DNA from: an uncultured Armatimonadetes bacterium
GTDB lineage: Bacteria > Armatimonadota > UBA5829 > DTJY01
Direction of reading: 5' to 3'
Length of the DNA stretch: 64,000 nucleotides
Assembly (NCBI GenBank): GCA_963717145.1
Contig: OY970325.1
Location: forward strand, 4,928,001 to 4,992,000
Shown: one piece after another, positions 37,986 to 48,734 of the stretch
Layout of the letters: each line of letters starts with the position of its first letter
How positions within the stretch are numbered: the first letter of the stretch is position 1
Translations under genes and position numbers: made by a program
The notes under the pieces: model-generated
Seen by the model: the letters and a program-made list of their open reading frames with translations, nothing else
Told to the model about the DNA's origin: nothing
Database searches by the model: none

Positions 37986-39195
37986 GTTGGCGATATCCGG
38001 CGGCAGGCCCCATAAAAGCAAGCCCTTTCCTCAATGGCCTATGCACGATGAGAGAGAGCTTGAGCTGGTTCAAGAGGTTGTAACCAGTGGGCAATGGTGG
38101 AGGATGAGCGGCAGCAGAGTGGACGCGTTTGAAAGCCAGTTTGCGGCCTTCCAAGGCGCGAGATACTGCCTTGGCGTAACCAATGGAACGCAGGCCATCG
38201 AGCTTGCGTTGTATGCTTTGGGGATAGGTGCGGGCGACCAGGTCATCGTACCGGCCTTTACCTTCATCTCGACTGGCTCAGCAGTGGCATGGTGCAACGC
38301 CACACCAGTTCTGGTTGATGTCGATCCGCGAACATTCTGCATGAAGCCCGAAGCCTTCGAAGAGGCCATCACTCCAAGAACCCAGGCCGTTATTCCGGTG
38401 CATATGGCCGGACATTCATGCGATATGGACGCTATCTGTGAGATCGCTCGCAGAGCTGGCATAAAGGTGATAGAGGACGCAGCACACGCTCACGGGGCAG
38501 AATGGAAGAACCGAAGGCTGGGCACGTTTGGGGACATATCGATCTTCAGCTTCCAAAACGGCAAGCTCATGACCTGTGGAGAGGGCGGAGCTATCCTAAC
38601 CAATGATGAGGATCTCTACGAAACCGTCTATCTTGCGCATGGGGTAGGGAGGCCAAAACAGGATAGAGTCTACGCCCATGTCATACTCGGGTCTAACTGC
38701 CGCATGAATGAGTTCCAGGCGGCTGTTCTCATCGCGCAGCTGGAACGACTCGACGGTCTGAACCGAAGAAGAGAAGAGAACGCTCGTGTGCTCGATGAGC
38801 TATTCGCTGGGATCCCTGGAACACGGCCCCAAGGAAGAAGTGCCGACGTCACCTTGCATTCGCATTACATGTACATGTTTCGATATGATGCTAACCACTT
38901 TGGTGGCCTGCCAAGACAGGACTTTGTTGATTGTCTGATAGCAGAGGGAATACCCGCCTTCATCGCGTACCCCGTTCTCTCTGATACGGTATGTTTCAGA
39001 GAGAACAGGTTCGGTGGACGTATCTCGGATTATTGTAGCGAGAATGAATCTGATCTGTCCAATGCAAGAAGCATAGCAGCCGACACTGTCTGGCTCCCCC
39101 ATTTAACTCTACTAGGCGACAGGCAGGATCTGGAAGAGATTGGAGGTGCGGTGCAGAAGATTCAGCATGCCTCGTCCGGATTCAGCAGAGCCTAA
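37978..39195 (+). CDS. rifK: 3-amino-5-hydroxybenzoate (AHBA) synthase
   Basis: RifK-type signatures GQWWRM, VTNGTQAIELAL, PVHMAG, DAAHAHGAEW, FSFQNGKLMTCGEGG, GSNCRMNEF, SHYMYMFR. Confidence 0.88.
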   Translation: MNELAISGGRPHKSKPFPQWPMHDERELELVQEVVTSGQWWRMSGSRVDAFESQFAAFQGARYCLGVTNGTQAIELALYALGIGAGDQVIVPAFTFISTGSAVAWCNATPVLVDVDPRTFCMKPEAFEEAITPRTQAVIPVHMAGHSCDMDAICEIARRAGIKVIEDAAHAHGAEWKNRRLGTFGDISIFSFQNGKLMTCGEGGAILTNDEDLYETVYLAHGVGRPKQDRVYAHVILGSNCRMNEFQAAVLIAQLERLDGLNRRREENARVLDELFAGIPGTRPQGRSADVTLHSHYMYMFRYDANHFGGLPRQDFVDCLIAEGIPAFIAYPVLSDTVCFRENRFGGRISDYCSENESDLSNARSIAADTVWLPHLTLLGDRQDLEEIGGAVQKIQHASSGFSRA

Positions 39196-39213
39196 ACCAA
39201 AAGGAAGGTAGTA

Positions 39214-39885
39214 TTGTTGAACAACTGTGTGATCTGCGACTTCGATGGGGTCATCATAAAGTCATCTCATATCCAGAAGTGGGCGCTACAGGAGAGTTAC
39301 CGCCTAGTTGTTGGCAGAGGCAGTCCATCCGTTGACGAGTTCTTCAGCCATAGCGGCGATAGTTTGGAGAACATCTTCGCCAAAATGGGGTTTCCCTCAG
39401 AGATGGTGGAGATCTATAGAAGAATCAGCTGGGAGAGAATGGGTGAGATCATTGTCTACGATGGGATGAGGGAGCTGCTCGCAAAGCTAAATGCGGTCGG
39501 TTACAGATGTGCGCTATGCACGGGCAAGGAGCGCCGTCGAACTATGGAGATGCTCAGGAAGTTCTCTCTCGACCAGTACTTTGATGCAGTCGTCTGTTCG
39601 GACGATGTGGAACACCCCAAGCCGGCGCCAGATAGCTTGCTTCTGGCCATGACAAGGATAGGCGCGAGGATTGAGGACTCTGTCATGGTGGGTGACGCCA
39701 GGAATGATATCCTCTGCGCAAGGAACGCAGGAATGACGATAATCGCAGTAACTTGGGGAGACGCTCCTAGGGAGGTCATTGAGCAGTCGCTTCCAGATTA
39801 TATAGTCGACAATGTGGATCAGCTCTGGGTGACCATTACCAGTCACCCTGTACCGATCAAGGCATCGGTTCGCACAGCCTCGTGA
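39214..39885 (+). CDS. rifM: HAD phosphatase, RifM-like
   Basis: DFDGVI, CTGK, HPKPAPD, MVGDARNDI; directly after rifK. Confidence 0.75.
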   Translation: MLNNCVICDFDGVIIKSSHIQKWALQESYRLVVGRGSPSVDEFFSHSGDSLENIFAKMGFPSEMVEIYRRISWERMGEIIVYDGMRELLAKLNAVGYRCALCTGKERRRTMEMLRKFSLDQYFDAVVCSDDVEHPKPAPDSLLLAMTRIGARIEDSVMVGDARNDILCARNAGMTIIAVTWGDAPREVIEQSLPDYIVDNVDQLWVTITSHPVPIKASVRTAS

Positions 39886-39889
39886 ATGC

Positions 39890-40320
39890 GCTGCTGAGAT
39901 GATCGGCGGCTATATCTTGGAGCGTTTCTGATCTGGAGGACAAGAAGGATGATGCTGTTGTGGACACGATGAGAGTGCTTCTGCAGGAACACGCGGCATC
40001 CCTGGTGTCTGTCCCGTCTCCGCGGGAACAGCACCCAGATCACTGTGCGACATTTCAGATGTTCATGGATGGAATCGCCAGGGCATACATGCTCAAGGAT
40101 CCTCGAGAACTAGCGTGTGCTTTTCAGCGTATCGACCGGTTGCATCACCGACTGCTGGAACGAGAAAGCCGGACTATTGGCACTGTATGAGAGTGAGGCA
40201 GATTGCAGGATTCTGAGCTTAGCTTCGCTAAGCAACAGGTTGGGTGCCGTGCGGACAGGTATGACTGACCCATCGTATGCTGAACCGTTCCGTGTCGTCC
40301 AAGGCGGATTGCTGGCATGA
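39890..40320 (+). pseudogene. Degraded PIG-L family deacetylase
   Basis: PSPREQHPDH and ITDCWNEKAGLLALYESE fall in different frames; N-terminal HxDD missing. Confidence 0.6.
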
Positions 40321-40441
40321 ACTCACTGGTGTGTCTATGCCAGAGCTCCCTGAGTCCAATCGGTAGATAAGTAGAGCAGTTCCAGGGCGTGCGGTGTGGT
40401 CCCAGGCGAAAATGACCGGCATGGTATCGTTGGGGGTAGTG

Positions 40442-40699
40442 ATGGTTGACAGAAGGCGTATACAAGGCATTGTCCTGGAAACCCTGAAAGATCATCTGCC
40501 TGCGAAAGGCGTTGCTGTGGACGTTGACGTAGACTTGGGACCACTTGGCCAAGGCATGAATTCGGTGAATCATCTCGAACTCCTCATTGCTCTGGAAACG
40601 CGATTCGAGGTGTGCATCCAGGACGATTGTTGGGACAGTAAGTCACTGAACACGGTCACAAAGATCGTGGACTACTTCTGCAATGCATTGAATCAATGA
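40442..40699 (+). CDS. Stand-alone acyl carrier protein
   Basis: 85 aa; GMNSVNHLELLIALETRF...TVTKIVDY; Ser lies in NS rather than DS. Confidence 0.85.
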   Translation: MVDRRRIQGIVLETLKDHLPAKGVAVDVDVDLGPLGQGMNSVNHLELLIALETRFEVCIQDDCWDSKSLNTVTKIVDYFCNALNQ

Positions 40700-41072
40700 A
40701 TACTGAATGGGTTAGGGGTAGTATTGCAGTCAGGTACACGTGGCTAGCTGTTGAGTGATGATAACTCGCACCAAGATGGCTGGCTTCTGCATGTCCTTAG
40801 TTCATGTGCAAACGAGAAAGCGGCCGATCGATAGACTTTGTTGGGATTGGTGAGAGGTCCCACAAGAAATGAATGAACTTCCGTGAGTAAACATCACCCG
40901 ATTCTTTGGAGACTGGTAGCACTGTGTCAGCAACCAGGCTGCCTGCAAACGGCCAGGTGATCCTGACGATGATCACGATCACCAACGGTTTCAGACATGA
41001 CGAGTGCGATGGCAAGCAGACCAGAGACATTGGCAGGGACTTGGTGCGAGGTGTAGGAAATCGGAGTGGCTA

Positions 41073-42506
41073 GTGGACCTATGGGACTACATCGAGTCGA
41101 ATGCAGTTTGTGACCCGGATGGCGTTTCGCTCAGGGACGACCAGAGCATCATGACGCATAGGCAATTGTATGCATGTCTGCCATACTATCAAGCGCTGCT
41201 TGAGAAAGCTGGCTACCAACCTGGGGATAGAGTGGTACTAACAACATGCGGTCAGCGAGATTCGGTCATAGCTTTCCTCAGTCTTCTGTCGGTAGGCTGT
41301 TGGGTGATACCCGTTCCCCCGAGCATTACTGATTTCGAGCTGAAGCGACTCATTGATCATACTGGGGCCAAGGTCTATGACAGTGGCCGGCTCGAACCGC
41401 CTGGTGTAGGAGCGCAAGGAAGGAAGCGTCTTTCCAGGCCAAGAGCAGAAAATACTGGTATATATCATCTAAGCTCAGGCTCTCTCGGGAAACCTAAGCT
41501 ATGTATCCGAACACTCAATGCGCTGCTTAAGGAAGGCCTGAGTTACTCTGACACCTTCAATATCTCCGGACGGGATAGAATACTAAGTGTTTCGCCACTG
41601 CATCACTCTTTCGCCATGGGGGCCTGTCTTTGTGCCTCCATCGTAACGGGCGCATGCTTGTACGTGATGGACCGCTTTGTCCCAAGGAGAGTCCTGCAGG
41701 TGGCTCGAGATGCCGAGATCTCCATCCTTGTCATGGTACCCATTATGGCCAGGGCACTCTGCGATGTCTACTCTGATGCAGAGGTTGGTCTGCCCTCTGC
41801 ACGGGTTGTTCTTGTAGGGGCAGGCGCGATAACCACCGACTTGCACAACGCCTTCAAGCGCCGGTATGGCATTTCGCTGTTGAGCAACTACGGAAGTACA
41901 GAAACTGGGGGAGTCATCTCGCGAACGGAGCCGACTCCGCATACGTCAATCGGAAAGCCCATGAAGGGCGTAAGCGTTAAGCTGTGCGATGAGTGTGGCA
42001 GGCGCGTTGCAGTAGGTTTGGAGGGCGAGATACGACTAAAGTGTGAAAGCATGCTGTCTGGGTATTATGGAGACGATGCCTTGCCATTTGATGCCGAGGG
42101 CTATTTCCCGACGGGAGACATAGCCGTAGAGGACGGAGCTGGCAATCTGTTTCTGCGATACCGAAAGGCACGATTGATTAACCTGGGCGGCAGAAAGATC
42201 AATCCGCATGAAGTCGAAGAAGCAATATTGGGCTTTCCAGGTATCGAAGACTGCGTTGTCTTTGGTATGGGTGCTGAACAGGAGCAGAAGAGGGTCGCGG
42301 CTGTCGTTGTCGGCAAGAACGTAGAGGAACCCCCATTGAGGGAGCATCTCGCAATGAGGCTAGATAACTACAAAATCCCAGCTGTAATAATGTTCCACCA
42401 AGAGATCCCCAGGACTGAGTTGGGCAAAGTTCGGATGGATGCAATCCTGAACAGTGTACCTTCACAGAACAATGGATCCGCAACACTCGGACGACATAAG
42501 GCTTGA
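41073..42506 (+). CDS. Acyl-AMP ligase / adenylate-forming enzyme (MitE-like by context)
   Basis: SSGSLGKPK, PLHHSF, YGSTETG, TGD, INLGGRKINPHEVE, YKIP, PRTELGK. Confidence 0.9.
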   Translation: MDLWDYIESNAVCDPDGVSLRDDQSIMTHRQLYACLPYYQALLEKAGYQPGDRVVLTTCGQRDSVIAFLSLLSVGCWVIPVPPSITDFELKRLIDHTGAKVYDSGRLEPPGVGAQGRKRLSRPRAENTGIYHLSSGSLGKPKLCIRTLNALLKEGLSYSDTFNISGRDRILSVSPLHHSFAMGACLCASIVTGACLYVMDRFVPRRVLQVARDAEISILVMVPIMARALCDVYSDAEVGLPSARVVLVGAGAITTDLHNAFKRRYGISLLSNYGSTETGGVISRTEPTPHTSIGKPMKGVSVKLCDECGRRVAVGLEGEIRLKCESMLSGYYGDDALPFDAEGYFPTGDIAVEDGAGNLFLRYRKARLINLGGRKINPHEVEEAILGFPGIEDCVVFGMGAEQEQKRVAAVVVGKNVEEPPLREHLAMRLDNYKIPAVIMFHQEIPRTELGKVRMDAILNSVPSQNNGSATLGRHKA

Positions 42507-42639
42507 AGAGGAAGCGCTATCAGGTTGCCATTCCCTAGACACTCTACCGGACTACTGCCTTCTAGGCACAAGTGGTTGTTCTCAGAAGAAGAGAGGGGAG
42601 AGACCACGGAAATGTTCACTAGCTGAGTAATGTGAAGAC

Positions 42640-43450
42640 CCAGCTAAAGCGGGTGAGGTGGTGCTGAACGCCACGATCGACAAGTACGTCACCGGCAAGA
42701 TGGAGGTCTTCGACGGCACGTCGTCGAATGACAGTCCCGAAGGCGTCACCGCGTCGTATCATCCGACCTTCCTTCGGGTCGGGGCTGGGCACATCTTCCT
42801 CGCTCATCATCAAGTTGCATATCTCCTCTCCGGAGGACCGAATGATCATAGAAAACCTGGCCTACGACCTGGAGACGATTTTCGGGATACCAGGAGGCAA
42901 GCGAGTTCAGTATGCCCGGGCCATAGGTGGGTTCAACTATATGACGTTCGGCGAAAGAATCGAGGTCGTTCGGACAGAAATCGTTCCGGAGACTGTTGCA
43001 GAGATGGAAGACCAGCTTGCCCTCGTCTCCACTGGCAAGCCGAGGCTCTCGGGTAGTATCCACGTGCATGTATGGGGAGCGTATCATGCGGGTGTACCGG
43101 GCATAGTCAAAGGGCTTTACAGCCTCAGAAACGTCGCCATCCGGATGAGGACAACGATCGAGAACGGCACCTGGACGTGTTTGCCGAGTTGTTGAACCAG
43201 AACCGGAGGCATCAGAAGCGGCTCGACGCGGCCAATGCCAATGAGCAGGCCGAAGACCTGTCGCACAGGCATTCAAGCATGACGTTATCCTCGGAAAGGC
43301 CTGTACCACAGGAGGAGGTTGTGTGCTCTTCTTTGTGAAGGCAGATAGTCGTATGGACGTAGAGCAAATAGCGGAGCAACTCGGCAGCCGGGTCATCCCG
43401 TTTGGGCTTGGGTTGGATGGTATCCACGTGTAGCCCGGTTTCAGCGTACC
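42640..43450 (+). pseudogene. GHMP kinase (HddA-like heptose-7-phosphate kinase) pseudogene
   Basis: VLNATIDKYV, GSGLGTSS, PGGK..QYA..IGGFNYMTF and GGGCVLFF spread across several frames. Confidence 0.72.
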
Positions 43451-43656
43451 CATGCGGCAATAGGAGCTCTCGGGACACAAACATGCACGACATGTCTGTC
43501 TCCGGTTGCTGAAGATGCTCGTTGCTTACGTGCTGGGTATGGTGGCCCTCACTCTAAGAGTGCATCGGGATCTATGTTGTCCAATCGCCAAAGCCGGGGA
43601 GCCAGTAATCAACCACTAAGTCGGCTGCTATCCCAACATCCGATCCGGATGCCCTC

Positions 43657-46600
43657 TCATTCTCCCGCCTTCCACTTTTCATACACTCTGCGGGACTCGT
43701 GCCAGTCGCCGTCGTGGAAGCGGATGAAGACGGGCGCGGCCACGTAGTCCTTGCCGACCGCGCCGCCTAAGCAGTCAACGAACGAAAGCTCGACGCCCAC
43801 CGGCATGCCCTTGAGTTCGTCCTGCCGGGGCCAGTTGCCGTCCTCGCGCGCAGTGCCCGACCCGCTCGGAACGAGTTCCATGCGCACGACGTTCTTGCGG
43901 TCTAAGGGGTCGCGTGCGCCGACGTAGACGGACCGGCCGAGCTTGCCTGACTGGAACGCTATCCACGGCTCCGGCTGGGCGTCCGGATACGCATAGAACT
44001 GCTCCGGCCCCTGATCGCCGAACGACGACATATTGCCGAACGTGCGGAAGATGTCCGAGGTCGCAGCCGACCCGCCTACGGACGGCCTTACGAATTCGGT
44101 GGACTTGAGTTGCCCGCGTGTCGTGCCGAGGCCCTGGATGCCGCCGATCATGGGGAAGTAGGTCTCGCCGACCTGGTAGGTCGTCCGGTTGTCGATCTCG
44201 AGGCTGAGAAGCGCGCCGCCGTCCATCAGCTCGATGGTCTCGGTGACGGAGGCGTCGTACTTCTCGCCCAGGTAGTTGGTCAGCGGACCGTTCCATCGCA
44301 GGGTCAGCTTCGTTCCCTGAAGATCGAGCGACGAGAGCTTCTGCTGACGGCCGATGATCCAGTTGGCCTCGATCGTCTGCCACGGCTCCTTGCCCGGCAG
44401 CGGCAGCGCGAACTTCCAGCTTCCGGCCAGGCGCGGCTCGAGGATCAGTTCCAGTCCGGTCTTCTTGTCCTGGATTCGGGTGAGCGACCCGTTTGCGCGG
44501 CTGACCTCAACCAGGAGATTCTCGTCCTCCAGCTTGACCGATCGCTTCGGGTCGAACGCGGGAAGTCTGGGCGCGGGCGTGGCGTAGTCCGCGGGCAGGT
44601 CGGCAGTGCGAACGTCGTCGATGCAGAGCATCGAGAACGTGGGTTGGTCGGCGTCGTCCACCGCCTGCACGTAGACCATCTTGCCCTTGTGCTTCGAGCC
44701 ATCCAGGAATGCCGGAGACGAATGCCGTCGTGTTGGGCGCGTAGATGCGGTCGATCTCCGTGCCGTCCGCGAGGTTCAGCGTCACGTAGTTCCACTTGCG
44801 CGGGCTGCCGGTGCCGCGCACCGAGTTCCAGCCCGAGATGAGGAGGCGCACGCCGTCCTTGTCGAGCACGAACGGCTTCGACGTGAGCTTGCCCATCGCG
44901 GCCTCGCCCGTGCCGCCGCTCCAGGCCCAGTACTTGCCCTGCCAGCCGGAGTAGTAGACGCGGGAGTCGTTGGCGACCACCCAGTTCGGGTCGGCCGTCC
45001 AGCCCTCGAAAGCCGCCGGACTCGAAGTCGCCGTTCGGGATGCTCGACCCACGGTCCGATGGTTCGATGGTCCGAGGGCTTGACGGCGCGCTCTGTGCGG
45101 TGATCTTCGTCTCCTGTGCCAACTCCTCGACGAACACGATCCGCTCGGCGGGAACGTCGATCGCGGCCGGGCAGGTTCACCTCGAAGCTCTTGCGGCCCG
45201 GCACGTGCACGCGCGCTCCGCCGCCGGGCTTGGCGAACCCCTCGATGATCTGCTCTTGCGGCGTCCATGCTGCTGTTGGTGAGGATGCAGACGCGGTGGC
45301 CGGTGTTGCGGTTGCGGAAGACGTTGTACTCGACGCCCTGCGGAAGCTGCCCGCCGATCATGACTCCATCCCGGCCGAGCGCCTCGCCGAAGAAGACGGT
45401 CTCCTGCAAGCTGTCCCGGATGCGCTTGACCTCGCGGATGTAGTCGCGAGGCCGGCGAACGGCGCCCAGTCCAGGCCACGGCGAAAAGTTCATCGGCGCG
45501 AGCATCACATCGTGGCCGTCGCGCACCGCGTTGTTGACGCCGAGGTAGTCGTAGGCATTGGTGATCGCCAGGGTCTCGGCGTTCTCCGGGAAGACCGTCC
45601 GCGTGACGAGCTGGTTGCCGACCCACCACGTGCATCCGCCGAACTGCAGCATGCGGTCCCAGTTGCACTCGAAGGACATCGCCCAGTCCGGGTTGAGCTT
45701 GCCGGCACGCCGCGATGATCTCCTTGCGAGAGCAGGATCGCGCCCTCCCAGGTGGAGGTGTCCGGGCTCATCGGGATGTCCGGGTTGTAGTCGATGGCGG
45801 CGGGGAACATCTTGTCCACGTGCACGCCGTCCGCGCCGATCTGCGGCCAGCTTCGCGAACTGGTCCACGATGATCTTGCGGAACTGCGGGAACGCCAGGT
45901 CGGCCCAGGTCATCAGCTTTGGATGACCCATCCTGGCCCAGAGCGTGCCCATGCCCCAGCCGGCGTTCCAGGTGAGGCCGCCGTCCGGCGTTCCACTCGC
46001 GGTACTTGTGCAGCTCCGTTCTTGTACCAGTCGGACTCGACCATCATCGGCTGGTAGTTGACGAAGAAGAAGACCTTGAGGCCCATCTTGTGGCAGGCGC
46101 GGATGCCGTCTTCGAGTTCCTTCCACGTGCCCAGGCGCGGGTCGGGCATGTAGTAGGGGTAGCCGTTGTCGTGGCCGCCAACCTGCCAGCCGCTGATCTG
46201 AACGGCGTTGACCCCATGGTCCTTGGCCGCCTTGGCCCAGCGTGGGATGTCCTTGAACGTGTAGTTGATCGTGCCTTCGGGGAGCATGAACATGGTCATG
46301 AGGAAGAACGACTGCCTGCGGATCCAGTCGGTCCTGGGGTCGGCCAGCCCGAATGCGTTGGTGAAGCAATCGCGGTAGACCTTTCCCGCCGCGCGCCAGT
46401 CGCCCTCGACGAATCGCAGCACGACCGGAGACCCGCTGAAGCTCTCTGCCCGGCGGTGTGAGCGGGACGTGGTGGATGCAGGCGAAGACATCCTCGCCAT
46501 CTTTGCCCGGCACACCCATGAGGTGATACACCTTGTACCGCGCGATCTCGTCCTCCGACGCGAAGTAGATCGCCCTGCCCGCGGACTTGCTCCCAACGCA

Positions 46601-47200
46601 CACGAATGACATGTTCATATGCCCAGGGTAGCCGAACGCATTCGCGCCGAACGGCGACTCGAGCGGCTTCTGCCATGGGTTGGACGTTGGGACCCAGGCG
46701 GAGGCGTCCGCGCCGAGCTTCTGGAGCCCGCCGATGAGCGGGTACCACGCTTCCTGGAGCTTGTACTCGGCGCCGTTGTCGAGATCCAGCGTGAACTCCA
46801 GCCTGCCACCGGAGACCCGTATTCCCATCCGGACATCGATCTTGTGCTCGTCTCCCTTGGTGTCCTTGAGGGGACCGTCCCATCGCAGCCGCATCACGCC
46901 GGGCTCAGTCGCGGAGTCCGAGAGCGTCTGGTCCTTGCCCAAAATCGTGACGGTGGTCTTGTCAGGCTTCACCAGCACAAGCCGGAAGTTCTCGGCCGGC
47001 GCGTGATCCGGCGCGAGCGTGGCGCCGGAGGGCCTGTCCACGATGCGCGTGATCGCCCCGTTATCCGGCGAAACCTCCACCAGGACGCGGCTGTCCTCCA
47101 CAACGAGCGGTGCGGAGTTGCATGCTCCTGTCACTAGCACGATCAGAACGATTGCGGCACAAAGCCTTGCGGGGAATCTCATCGGCTCTCTCCTATCCAT
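43657..47200 (-). CDS. Large secreted carbohydrate-active protein (DUF6259-like TIM barrel with duplicated N-terminal domain), several frameshifts
   Basis: Segments of ORFs 44507..47200, 45913..46596, 45505..45825 and 43657..44679 can be stitched together; GWQVGGHDNGYPYYMPDPRLG motif; signal peptide. Confidence 0.6.
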
Positions 47201-48407
47201 TCGGGTTGACAGTCTTCGGCACGTCGGGATGGTTCGGGCCGAAGTGCTTGAGCATGACCAGCGGCTCGAAGCGGCTGTGATTGGTTATCCTCACCCCGGC
47301 CTTCGCTGAAGGTTCGCCCACGAAGAACTCGTCCTGCGAGAGCTGGCCATAGCGCAGCATTATCGCGGCCTCCGCGTCGTGGACGCCGAGCGTGCCGTGT
47401 CCCTGCAGCAGGATACAGCCGTATGCCGCTCCGTCCTTGATCGTCACCGTTTGTCCCGGGTTCACCGTAAGCTCCTTCGCGGCGATGTAGTCGTTTGCGT
47501 AGGCAATCCACTTCTCGGTATAGGCCGCGTCCGAGTGAATGAGCACCGGCGGACGGAAGTAGGTTCTCTTGAAATGCGAGTCGATGTTGCGCTCCCAGTC
47601 CATCAGACCGAGGATGTAATCCACATCGCGCATTCTGTCCTCCGGGCAGTTCTCAGCCAGGAACTCGTATGGATAGACCTCTCCGCCCGCGATGTTCTCA
47701 TAGACGGAGTTCACATCGCTGTTCCACTGCGGCTCGTAGGTCAGCACCGATCCGGGCGAATGGAGTACGCCAGGCGGGACATACCATCCGGTGCCGAGCA
47801 CTATCCGGTACGCCCGCGAAAGCTCGGTGATGCGGTTGTCCGCGTCCTCGTACTGCAGCAGCCTCTCGCGGACCTCGTCGATGGTGACGTCCGGGTCGAA
47901 GCCGAAATAAGTGGCCGGAAACTCGCCCATGTAGTTGTTGAGCTGAGGGGGGAAGTAGTAAGCCTCGGGCTTGCCGAGCCTGCCCACCCGGCCCGCGGAG
48001 TCGAAGTCCAGGTGCAGATGGTGAAAGAGCGGCTTCGAGTAATCGAAGAACTTCGAGTACATCGGCCAGCCGCCGTACTCGCTCATCAGCTTCTCGCCGA
48101 CGATATCCCTGCCCAGGTGGTCGATCGCCTCTTTGAGCGTGAACTTGTCCCTGAGATCGTCCGTGGGGACGACGTAGCTCATCCCCTCGTCCTCAGGCGC
48201 GAGTGGGCCGTTCATCGCAGGGATCACCGAGGCAAACCATCGCTCCTTGATGGCTCCGCGAGCCGTGCCGAGCGCGAAGTAGTCGTCCGGGTGCAGCCGC
48301 AGTCGGCACCCGGGCGAGCTGAACCGTCGCGGTACGAAGACCGGGGAGAGCCGGAGTATGCCCTTCCCCTGATCGAAAGCCCTCTCTATCTCATTGCGAG
48401 TTGCCAT
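47193..48407 (-). CDS. Cupin-fold, mannose-6-phosphate-isomerase-like conserved protein
   Basis: Start MATRNE behind GAGGAGG; KFFD..LFHHLH, KPEAYY, PGVLHSPG, YEPQWNSD. Confidence 0.65.
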   Translation of the reverse strand: MATRNEIERAFDQGKGILRLSPVFVPRRFSSPGCRLRLHPDDYFALGTARGAIKERWFASVIPAMNGPLAPEDEGMSYVVPTDDLRDKFTLKEAIDHLGRDIVGEKLMSEYGGWPMYSKFFDYSKPLFHHLHLDFDSAGRVGRLGKPEAYYFPPQLNNYMGEFPATYFGFDPDVTIDEVRERLLQYEDADNRITELSRAYRIVLGTGWYVPPGVLHSPGSVLTYEPQWNSDVNSVYENIAGGEVYPYEFLAENCPEDRMRDVDYILGLMDWERNIDSHFKRTYFRPPVLIHSDAAYTEKWIAYANDYIAAKELTVNPGQTVTIKDGAAYGCILLQGHGTLGVHDAEAAIMLRYGQLSQDEFFVGEPSAKAGVRITNHSRFEPLVMLKHFGPNHPDVPKTVNPNG

Positions 48408-48439
48408 CCGGACCTCCTCAGGGCCAACGCATCTGATAA

Positions 48440-48607
48440 CACGATGCTTCGGTAGCAGAGGCCTGGCGGCGCTGCCGAAGCACACGGTCACCACGCCATG
48501 CTTCGGCTGCGCCGCCAGGCCTCTGCTACCGAAGCATCGTGGTGAAACGCACGGTCACCATGCCATGCCTCGGCAGCGCCGCCAGGCCTCTGCTACCGAA
48601 GCATCGT
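48440..48607 (+). repeat. REP/BIME-like cluster of three ~43-bp palindromic units (one forward, two reverse)
   Basis: cacgatgcttcggtagcagaggcctggcggcgctgccgaagca at 48440-48482; reverse copies at 48498-48541 and 48565-48607; linkers share cacggtcacca(c/t)gcc. Confidence 0.85.
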
Positions 48608-48632
48608 ACGCGGTTATTTCGAGCAGAAAGCG

Positions 48633-48702
48633 CCGATCTCCAGACGACTCCGTCGTCGTCCGCAGCCGGCCGCCGCCGCCGACGGAGTCGTCTGGAGATC
48701 GG
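48633..48702. repeat. Perfect 23-bp inverted repeat (large hairpin)
   Basis: ccgatctccagacgactccgtcg (48633-48655) / cgacggagtcgtctggagatcgg (48680-48702). Confidence 0.9.
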
Positions 48703-48734
48703 GCTTCCGTCCCCTTGTTCTTGCCCGAAGACAT

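Noticed and set aside
48408-48494. N-terminal extension of ORF 47193..48494
   Set aside because: It is a translation of the REP-like repeat; a strong RBS precedes the ATG at 48407.
48440-48607. Possible mini CRISPR array
   Set aside because: Only three units, in mixed orientation, with short linkers similar to each other, and no cas genes; fits REP/BIME better.
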